Source: Octopus vulgaris
Lineage: Eukaryota
NCBI GenBank assembly: GCA_951406725.2
Contig: OX597832.1
Location: forward strand, 14,260,001 to 14,324,000
Length of the DNA stretch: 64,000 nucleotides
Direction: 5' to 3'
A program made the position numbers and the translations under genes. Shown here piece by piece: positions 53,830 to 64,000 of this stretch; within the stretch, counting starts at the first letter, position 1, and each line of letters begins with the position of its first letter. A model generated the notes under the pieces. It was not told the origin of the DNA. It did no database searches and was given only the letters and a program-made list of their open reading frames with translations.

Positions 53830-55540
53830 TTAATCGCCTATCCAGTCGGAAGATGAGTAATTGGAAAGCAGCTGAACCTGATGGTGATCAAGGAATTGGA
53901 ACAACAATCTGACAGGCTGCTTCGAGAATGTAGTAGTGTGGCTTAATGTACTGATCAACGGAAATGAAAAAGATACCTGGTAGATAACTTTTTGACGCTC
54001 AGTAGTCACTTTGAAGGATGCTTCATCCGCTAATAGTCTGATTAATTACTGAAGCTCCTCATCACAATAATCATTGATGAATTGTTTATAAATATTAATA
54101 ATAACACAATTTTTTCCGAATGAGCAGAAGGTTTGATGACAGAAAACCAAGCTTACTGAATGCCTGTTACTCATAAGTAAACGAAAGTTGAACAATTCTA
54201 AATTAATGAACCTAAGCTTACCAGTCACATATATTACCGGAATACCAATGGCAAGATGCAAAACTCGCGTATCATTGAAATGATTAAATATGCTTTCGAC
54301 TACGAAGAATATCAACAATCTTTTGAGAAAACGTATGAAAACCTAGAAGACAGATCTGATATATGGACAGATGCTAAGAATGTGAAAAATGAGAAGGAAG
54401 TTTTCAAGGCGGCAGTACGTCTCTTACTAATTGTTTTATGAAGAATATCTTTCACGTTGCTATTGAGATAAGTGATATATGTATGTATGTTTAAAGGAAA
54501 GAGGAAAAGGTCAGTCATTTATTATTTATGGATGTTCTCAATCTGTATAGCAAAGAGGAGTTGAAAGTCAGTTCGTTAATGAATATAGTTCATTGCATTT
54601 ACGGCAACGACGAAATGGAATTTGGTCTAAAAATGCAAAGTAATATTTCTGAAGCGAAGGAAAACCAACTGACTTGAATATATACTATTGCCATCGAATT
54701 TTTCTATGATACGGACTGATATGACTGGGTATATATATCAGGTCATAGTAAAAAAGAATGAAATGATGAAATAAGAATGAAGTGCTGTATCCAAGCGCAT
54801 CTCTGAAGGTTTTGAGTGGTACTGCTGTCAAAAATGGATAGAATAAATATATTTCGAGTAATGAATGCATAGATGACTACATTATTGAAGTATGATGCAG
54901 CCATTAACAATTGGACGAAAGATGGGTCACAGTTTTAAACTGAGAATTTAGAATTGTACTCCCCAAGACTCGGCTTTCTTCCGCAAGTGCAATAATAACA
55001 GAATGTACTAACCAGGCACAACATGGAGGTAGGTTTAACATAACTGGTAGTTCTACATGCAAAAAGTAAATATTTCGGCCTGTTATACATAAGGTGCTAT
55101 TAAACCAAAACTTTTTGCAGGAAAATCTCTGATATAGTCAAGACAAATACTTATACGGTGACAAATATGTTCATGGCAGAAATAGAAAGAAAGTGAAAAG
55201 AAAACAGAAATAAATGTCCAACACACGTATTGCCAGATGAACATGAATGAAAAACCGTTGGAATATCCATATTGTTAACGAAGCCTGGTTTGATTGAGAG
55301 ACAAGCAAGCTAGTCTTTGTTTGTTCCTGAGGCGGAAGCCGGGTGCACAAAGCTTGCTGAAAATATATACAAAGACATAATCTATAGTATAATATTGATG
55401 CAAGGATGATTCACTGAGAGCATCGGAATGTATGGATTAGATAGTTGTTTTATGGTATAAAATCTGACGGATTAACCGCAAAGGTAAAAAAAAGACAATG
55501 TAAGAAGTTCATGATACAGGATTTTGAAATTTGGCATCGA
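53830..55540 (+). mobile_element. Decayed R4/Dong-clade non-LTR retrotransposon RT region
   Basis: KMSNWKAAEPDGDQG (~53851; cf. NWKAPGPDG), SRIIEMIK, FQG (~54403), KVSHLLFMDVLNLYSK (~54507; cf. ISHLLFMDDLKL), MEFGLK and AINNW are collinear. The 3' boundary is uncertain. Confidence 0.7.
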
Positions 55541-55822
55541 AAGCTAAACAAATTTTAGTGAATAAAATGAAAAAAAATTATGATTGCTATTGATTGCATT
55601 AATAATAATTGTATAGGGAGGACATGAATAAAAACAAGAAACATATGATGATTTAAACTAGAAAATTAAATGACACTTGTAATTGAAGTGAGAGTCATAT
55701 CTGCTTTGAAATTTTGATTAGCGTAAGTAAAAAGTACATGAAACGGTCTGAAAAGAGGGATGGAAGTGAAACGTGCATGTATATAAAGAGAAAGTGGGAG
55801 AGAGAGAGAAAGAATTATACAC

Positions 55823-55859
<37 letters not shown>

Positions 55860-56481
55860 TATTTAAGTAACATTCGTGATTGGCGGGGTGTATGTATTCA
55901 TACATGCTAGGTATAATATTACTTAAACTCATTATACGAACTGTATATACTGTCTCAGACAGAGGTATAGCAACAGTTACGTAAAAGCTTATAAATGCAT
56001 AAATGCTCATATGGAAAGAGATGGAGAGCAATGCTTTACGAACAAGTATGCAAACATAAAATGATACTTAGAAGCAGAAGTACGTAAACATTCAAACACC
56101 CCTACACATACACGCACGCACGCACATACTCATACAAGCATACTGTATGTGAAATAAGTCTATCTGATTAAAACAATACCAGTACAAATGATTAAGACAC
56201 CGGTAGGTTTCAATGTGTGCCGTTGGCTACCATAAACAGCAAACATTTAATATCTATACGAATCTAAATACGTGAACCCCACCACTTCTTAAACAAATAT
56301 CATTATGAAGATAATCAAGTAGAAAATATTGAACGATTTATATTTGATACAGAATCGTTCTAAGAAGCATTGACAATATTTAGAATAAAGCGTGCATGTG
56401 TACAAGGACACACACAGACATAGACACACACACGAATACAAACAAATTCACGCACTGCATTCCACAATTGTCGCGACCTAT

Positions 56482-56700
56482 TTACGAGAGGTAATTTTAA
56501 ATGATTGAAATAATTGTAATTTTAGAATATTGTAACTATAAATCTAAGACAAACTACAATCTCACTTTCCAATAAACATTTGCGGAAAACCGGGGAAACT
56601 GATACAGAAGCATATGAAATGATCAGCCACGTTTATGAATCTTCTTGTGCCATACACGATATTTAAGGAGCGAAAATAGGATATGAAAGATATCATTACC
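56482..56700 (+). mobile_element. Mariner transposase N-terminal remnant
   Basis: tacgagagg start, then INICGKPGK/TDTEAYEMISHVYE, resembling IKFCVKLGKTATETYEMIxxVYG. Confidence 0.45.
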
Positions 56701-57648
56701 ATTACATTCCCAAGAATCAATAAAATAATTACTTGTCATATACTGAAGTTGATTCAATTAACTCTATACTTCGTGGCCTTTTGCTGAAGTAAATCTTAAT
56801 TAATCAGATTGTCAGAATAAGTAGGGCACGGGACTTAATACCAACAATATATTGCTTAGTGTATTATTTGCGAGAAATTATATTTTTGGTATGTCCCATT
56901 TCCTTTCTAAGATATATATCTAATAATTTCATTCACGTATTTCTACCTATTCTACTGTTTGCAGCTTATTGTTCTAATACGTAAAAAAACTCAAATAAAG
57001 GATTTGACCTTTTACATAAATATTTTGATTTTAATCTTGTATTTTCGATTCATTTTCAGATCACAAAAGTTGGCGCTAAAAATGTCGCTTTCTTTACACA
57101 TTATATATAAAATTCCAGTTAAGTGCTGCATTTTGCGTCTTCCATATTATATATTTCAGTTGAACTTAATATCTTTGAGTCCCTATAATTATGTCCCTTA
57201 GAGCATTATTGTTCAGTTATATAGAATCTACTTGCGTATAAATGTTGGTAACTGGGTTTCTCTTTCCCCACATTTACGTAGCTTTGCCTCTTGTTTTCAG
57301 AACTAGTACAATAAACACTGAGGCTTCATGAAAGAACCGGACGTATGCATTTTAGCTCCTTCCCTGCCAACAGATATAGAATTTTTTTTTTTTACATTGC
57401 AGTGAAATAGCATTCAAATATCGATGATTAATTCCGGCAAAATATTTTCTTCTCTTAAAGAATCGCGAAAAATTACCGTCTACGTTTCTTTTTTAAGGGA
57501 AAATATTTATCGACATATGAATATATTTGTATTTAACATGGATTACTTTTGTTTTTGTAAACACTCAATATATCAGGAAAAATTGCTGATATAGGGCGGC
57601 TAGAAATATTTCTTTTATCTATTTCGCAATTTATATATATATATATAT

Positions 57649-58075
57649 ATATGCAACTTTTAAACAAGGGCAAAAAAAATTCTAATGCCAAAGAAATAAA
57701 TGAAATACACTTGTCTCGGGGTGAAATCGTGATGAAATCACACGTGCCTCGGGGTGTGCTACGGAGTTTCTATTTTGGATATATTTGGGGTACTTAAGTG
57801 TACACATGACTTAATGTTTGCTTCTTCCATGGGTATAAGTAAGTATTTCATTTATTTCTTACCGTATTTATCGCTGCCGAGGAGAAAATTCGTATGAATT
57901 AACTCTGAAATCGAGGTCGATACGATAATAACGGATTTTTTAAGAAATTTCTGTCGGGTTACTCCGATACGCGTGCTTATAGTGATGAATTATATGGTTA
58001 TCGACGATTTAAGTCTATCTTCGGCATATTTGGCATTAGAATGTTTTCTTTTGCCCTTGTTTACAATTTGCATAT
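57649..58075. mobile_element. MITE-like/fold-back element with ~45-bp terminal inverted repeats
   Basis: atatgcaacttttaaacaagggcaaaaaaaattctaatgccaaa / tttggcattagaatgttttcttttgcccttgtttacaatttgcatat. Confidence 0.7.
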
Positions 58076-58152
58076 AAATTTAAACTTAAAAATGTATTTT
58101 TAATATACTGGCCATTGATAGAATTCTTTTCGAAAAATTCTAAACTATATTA

Positions 58153-58202
<50 letters not shown>

Positions 58203-58203
<1 letters not shown>

Positions 58204-59310
58204 GGTCCTGTAAACATGGTTCTGTGCGCTGCATATCAATGCCTTCCAGAATCCATCCGTAGCCACCTCCAGTTGTTGCCATTTTCCTTTCCTTCGATTT
58301 CTCTGTTCTCATAACTTAATATGTATTCTCCATCTTGTTTCTAACAGCAAAAACCAACGTTCTAATATACTGTTTAACCTAATGCTTTTGCAATTGACAA
58401 TACATATCTTGCGTATTATGGGACCACATCATATCTCCTTTGTCGACATATAAAATCAATCAACATCATTTTTAGGGTGCAGGCCATTATCATTACTTCC
58501 TGGTTTTCTATCCATTCCCTTAAGCTCATTCTTTGTTCGTCTAACAACACCTGCGCCATATCGCATTAACGAAATAGCTCATGCATCGATTATCCTAATC
58601 TTGTTCTTTCCGTTGACTCTATTTTTCATAATTAACATGATAGCCTGAAGCATTCTCGCCTAAAGCTTTCCTCTCTGACATCCTCCTTCATTTTGTTGTA
58701 CTACAAAATATTCAGTTAATTATATCCACCCACAGTAACTCTGCCAATCCGATCGCAGCTAGGTAGTTCGGCACCATCACATGATAAAACATTGTATTTT
58801 TTTACAATAAGCACACCGCAGCTATTATTATCAAATTCCATCACAAGATCCTTATTGGATATTTGCCGTGTTGAAACTAAGTCTTTTTTTTTGCATGCTC
58901 ATTATTCAAAAATATCTTTAAGTCATTAATATACAACAGGTAATTGAACTTTTCCATACTGCTCAAAGTGAAACCTTATATCGTTTTCCGTAATCTCTGT
59001 ATGCGGTGTATCAAAAGTATCTCCAGAAGCAATGATGGTTAAGCCCATCTCCCTGAGATGTGCTACTCTTAATGAATTTAGCTAAAAATTGTCCACATCA
59101 TGTTAATTCTGTTTTCGAGTTTTTCGTTGATTTCCAGATAAAATCCCAAATGTTACCGAGTACCTGCAAAAATTCAAGAATTTTTAACAATCAGGAATAG
59201 CGGAACATCTCATAATCTTTGTTATAATCGACCTACGAATACGTCGATTACTTTCTCTTTTTCTTACAATCGTTTGCACATTAGTTATTCTTAGTGTGTC
59301 ATCTCTAATA
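58203..59310 (-). mobile_element. Decayed R4/Dong-clade RT region
   Basis: Minus strand VDYNKDY (cf. IDYKKAYD), ISQGDGLKP (cf. IFQGDSLSP), FNYLLYINDLK (cf. NHLLYMDDLK), MEFD, and ISLMRYGAG. Confidence 0.75.
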
Positions 59311-59376
59311 TTATCATTATTGCTATTACTATTACTATTATTATTATTATTATTGTTGTTGTTGTTGTTGTTATTA

Positions 59377-59411
<35 letters not shown>

Positions 59412-59522
59412 GTTGTTGTTGTTGGTTGTGGTGGTGGTGGTGGCGGGGGTGGTGGCGGGGGTGGTGGTAGTGTTGTTGTTGATAACAATAATGATAATGA
59501 CAATAACAACAGCAGCAACGAC

Positions 59523-59616
<94 letters not shown>

Positions 59617-59726
59617 TTAATAATAATAATAATATTAGAGATGACACACTAAGAATAACTAAGGTGCAAACGATTGTAAGAAAAAGACAAACTAATCGAC
59701 GTATTGGTAGATCGATTATAACAAAG
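59217..59726. repeat. Fold-back: ~98-bp inverted arms around a (TTA)n-(GGT)n-(TAA)n core
   Basis: 59217-59314 is the reverse complement of 59629-59726 with a few mismatches. Confidence 0.9.
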
Positions 59727-59849
59727 CTTACTACACACACACACAGACACATACACACCCACATATACACACACACATATTTGTATATATATATTTCTTG
59801 TCTGTAAGTATGAGATCATAGAAAACACGCTGATTTCAACAGTCACAAT

Positions 59850-60770
59850 TGATAGCTCAATGCTGGAGATATAAGAATGTCATGTGGAAATTTCCAAGGT
59901 GACTCTTTATCACCACTTCTCTTTTGTCTAGCCTTATTACCTCTAGAGATTGCTCGATGATGCACATTATGGCTATAAAATGTTCGATACATGTATAAAT
60001 CATCTCTTTTACATGGATGATTTAAAGCCCTTTGCAAGAAATGACCAACATCTACAGGGCTTACCAGCAATTGTTGAACAATTCAATGATGACAGCATGA
60101 AATTGGATCTCCATAAATGCGCAAAAGCTACCTTTACCACAGGAAAAATGACAGAAACCTCCAACGTTTATCTTGACCAACAGAATGCCGTAAAGGAGTT
60201 AGAACCAACGGAGAGCTACATGTACCTATGGGTATCTGAAGGTGATGGAATCAAACATCCAATGATTAGAGAAAGGATCAGAAAAGAATGTTAACGAAAT
60301 GTAAGAGAAATATTCAAGACAGAGCTGAGTGCGATCAATACTTTAGCCATACTTCTCCTAACTTATAGTTTCGATATCATTAATTGGTCAATTACCGCAA
60401 TATGTACTAATGACAGATAAATAGGAAAACTGTTGACAATACATAGAATCGACCACCTTAAGGCATATATAGAACTAGTTTACCTGCCAAGAATAGAAGG
60501 TGGCCGTAGAATTTTACAACTGGAATTAACGATGAAGTTTGCCACAAGTGGCTAGGACACATACCTAAAAACCCCTATTGACTGGAAGTTAAAACTTGTC
60601 TGCAAGCATGAAAACAAGAAAGCATCATACGTAGTAACAAAATAGGTGAAGAAAGATCTAAGTGAATTCCAAATACAATAGCTCTCAGAATTAGACGTAT
60701 TGGAAACAAGCGCTGAAGATGCTAAGTCTATCAAAACCGGTGCTAAAATGTTCAGTACACTAAGCATAAT
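59850..60770 (+). mobile_element. R4/Dong-clade non-LTR retrotransposon RT fragment
   Basis: GNFQGDSLSPLLFCLALLPL, GYK..INHLFYMDDLKPFA, LDLHKCAK, ESYMYL, AINTLAI and LYLPRxEGGR-like motifs; stops and frameshifts present. Confidence 0.9.
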
Positions 60771-60873
60771 AATATCGCAACAAACCTCAACGCATACCCA
60801 AGGGACACATACATAAGGCTCTGTAGTACATTGAAAGCACTTTATAAAAAAAATAAGACTACTGAACAATAAC

Positions 60874-61044
<171 letters not shown>

Positions 61045-61167
61045 AGATAGACACTACCAGTACAAAAATGCAGCTGGTGGGGCATTAGAATATTTACTTG
61101 GAACTATCAGATGTATAATAATAATGTTGATGACGGTGTTGACGAACGTTGTCAGGACTAGATGTAA

Positions 61168-61336
61168 TTCAAGGGTATTGGTTATATAAATATAGTTGTC
61201 TACATAGGAACAACTTCAGGATTGTCTTAATGGAGGAACAATACCAGATTGGATAACTAAAGGGAGAACAATACTCCTTATGAAAGACAAAAGCATGGGT
61301 AATATAGCTAGCAATTATAGACCAATCGCAATATCT
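61168..61336 (+). mobile_element. R4/Dong RT N-terminal fragment
   Basis: QGYWL..QLQDCLNGGTIPDWITKGRTILLMKDKSMGNIASNYRPIA. Confidence 0.8.
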
Positions 61337-61349
61337 CTGTATTCGCTTG

Positions 61350-61460
61350 CTGCTATAGTAGTGTAATAGGACAAATCTACTCAAGTTGCCATGCAGTGAG
61401 ACTGAACCCAGACATGTGTGCTTGTGAGCTAACTTAATTCTACGGGTCAATGGTTGCACC
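61350..61460 (-). mobile_element. SINE family A, decayed head
   Basis: gctatagtag..ctcaagttgccatgcagtgagactgaacccagacatgtg. Confidence 0.55.
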
Positions 61461-61741
61461 TTCTTTCCGCAAACTCAGAAGTGGCGAATAAAAAAAAGTG
61501 TACAATATCACGTCAAAATAAAAATCTGACGAAAATATTACGCTGTCAGGCGAAGGTTCCTCCAATCTATTTTGAAGATAGGAATTTTGTTTATTTCATA
61601 GTACGTTTAAAAAAAAGTTATTTGAAGTTCAGTTAACCCATAAAAGATATTAATGAAGAAGTTTTCCTTCCAATAGTTCAACTGTCCTTTACTTGTACTT
61701 GAACAGATGACCTCGCGAAAAAGCTAGGCATGCTTGTTACC

Positions 61742-61798
<57 letters not shown>

Positions 61799-61844
61799 CA
61801 TATACATGCACATATATAGGCATATATTTGTGTATATGCATATG

Positions 61845-61877
<33 letters not shown>

Positions 61878-62099
61878 GTATAATATATATTTGCGTTCGC
61901 ATGTATGTGTGCGAGCGTATGTATGTGATTATATATGATTGAAATGGTATAAACTATTACAGTGATTATTAGTTTTAAATCTATGTGTCTCACAAATATC
62001 TGGTTTCAGTGGACCAGATAAAGATAACTTAGCTTTGTATTTCAGAGACGTCAACAAAGGAAACGGAAAAAAAAAAAAAAAATGGGGCGACTAAATATT

Positions 62100-62900
62100 T
62101 CATCTATCATAAGAGAATCTCTATCTGTCACTTACTGAAAAGAAAAATGTGGAAATAAACATCTGGTTGGAATAACACCTTGATTGATATATATTAGATG
62201 CAACCGATACATCAAAGTTTTATGAAAATGGACAGAGAATATTTGCATCTCTCGAAGTACCTCAATTCTTCCTGAAATATCCCAGGAGATTGAATATTGT
62301 TGGTGAATTGTTCAGGAAGTGCTGAAAGATATTCTGATAATCACAGCATAGTATCAGCTGAAGAAAGAACTTGCATTGGGGATTAACGCTGTAGTTAATG
62401 GAGGAACACGAATCACTGTGGTTATATGAGAATGAATTCGGTATTGTAGGCTACCCGTCAACACACCGGATATTGATAGATGTAAGTATGTTGCTCTTGT
62501 CAATGCTAGGGATTCCAATAACAAGGCGTGTGTGATAGAGGAAGAATAATTTACCTGGTACTCAAGATATCTTCATACTGTGTTAAAAATATTTTTTGAC
62601 ATCCAAGATTATTCCCTTGCTAGATAACACACATCCTCATCAAATGAAGTTTGAGTGAAGGTTAGTTTACTTAACATTCGTGTGAAAATGCCTTCTGTAG
62701 CTGAACTGCATTTGAAGTGTCAGACACTAGTAGAACATAAATAAATTCCTGCCGTTTATTTCCCGTTTGAAATAATACTATCCATTTTATTCAGATCACC
62801 ATGGAAACGTTCATTAAAACGTCGTAAATATACTTTGAAAAGTAGCGATTTTCAACGCTTGGAAAGATGCTTGATGTCTTTGGAGAAATCTGTAGTGTTT
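62100..62900 (-). mobile_element. Possible decayed LINE APE-endonuclease region
   Basis: Weak echoes of GDFN and GNxLD motifs on the minus strand (~62720, ~62610). Confidence 0.25.
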
Positions 62901-63039
62901 ATAAAGTTTCAAACATTACTGAAGATGACGGTCCTCAGGGACGATAATATATAAAGATTGAGTTTTGATTGGGATGTGAAACAAAGCCCGCGTATCGAAA
63001 CACTGGTTTCACACATTGACAAAAGTTGGCAGTTTTGAT

Positions 63040-63402
63040 GGAGTGGGTAAGTCGAACACATCGATCACGGGAAAGAATTTGTACTTACGTTTTCGACACC
63101 GTAAATGATGGAAGGCAAAGTCGACCTCGGTGGAATTTGAACTCAGAGCGTAATGACAGAGACGCAATACCTATTTCTTTATTACCCACAAGGGGTTAAA
63201 CACATAGGGGACAAACATGGACAGACATAGGTATTAAGTCGATTATATCGACCCCAGTGCTTAACTGGTACTTAATTTATCGACCCCGAAATGATGAAAG
63301 GCAAAGTCGACCTCGGCGGAATTTGAACTTACAACGTAACGACAGACGAAATACCGCTAAGCATTTCGCCCGGCCTGCCAACATTTCTGCCAGCTCGCTG
63401 CC
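63040..63402 (-). mobile_element. tRNA-derived SINE family C, full copy plus tandem partial copy
   Basis: Minus head ggcagcgagcTGGCAGAAATGttgg..GTTCAAATTCCgccgaggtcgactttgcctttcatcatttcggggtcgataaattaagtaccag. The central block resembles conserved MetaSINE/Sauria-type domains (from memory). Duplicated aggcaaagtcgacctcgg at ~63113 and ~63299. Confidence 0.85.
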
Positions 63403-63859
63403 TTTCATTATTATTATCATTATTATAATTATTTGGCTGGAGAAGCAATATTGTAACAAGTATACGCTCTTGCAATCCCAAAATTATAATCGCCAATAGA
63501 CCAATTATAGACTATATTACCTAAATAGAGTTTTATATTTCACACTATTCCATAAATCTGATATCTTTACTGGTTCTGCAATGTTATATAGTATAGCAAA
63601 ATACATGGAAACATGTTATAATCGGATTTCTACAAAACTTCCGTTTAAAATAATTCCATTTCTACTTGAAGTTGCTTAAAATATATTCTATTGCACTCAG
63701 TTTTCATATTGATATTTCTATAGTATGTAGAAATATCAATATGTATATATGTACACAGCAATATGTATATACATATGTATATGTATATGTTCTCTCAGAT
63801 AGATTGATAGAGGGAGAGATAGATAGATAGATACATAGATAAATACATGCTTATATATG

Positions 63860-63929
<70 letters not shown>

Positions 63930-64000
63930 GGGAGAGAGAGACGGGGAGAGACAAAGAGAGATAGAGACATAGATAAATATGTATATGTGTATGCATATAA

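Overview
Eukaryotic, very AT-rich, microsatellite-saturated non-coding DNA (large intron or intergenic). It is most consistent with an octopod cephalopod. That is an inference from the SINE families and a GC-rich, expanded 18S V7 region. I cannot support any intact host protein-coding gene; most listed ORFs are read-throughs of simple repeats. The window contains decayed Helitrons with PIF1-helicase remnants (0.5-4.2 kb), three tRNA-headed SINE types, RTE and R4/Dong LINE remnants, a Penelope-like GIY-YIG remnant, mariner remnants, MITE/fold-back elements and an orphan, rearranged 18S rDNA fragment (16.9-17.6 kb). The most notable signal is a set of non-coding repeats, mostly next to (TA)n tracts, that carry type I hammerhead-ribozyme (HHR) motifs. 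Minimal HHRs occur at 7267, ~26300, 39222 and 43480. A ~580-bp partially tandem monomer with an HHR bearing an unusually long stem II occurs at 48785-49622, with a homolog at 18291-19097. These look like Penelope-dependent, retrozyme-like elements. All HHR calls are manual base-pairing inferences, and most copies have core substitutions.
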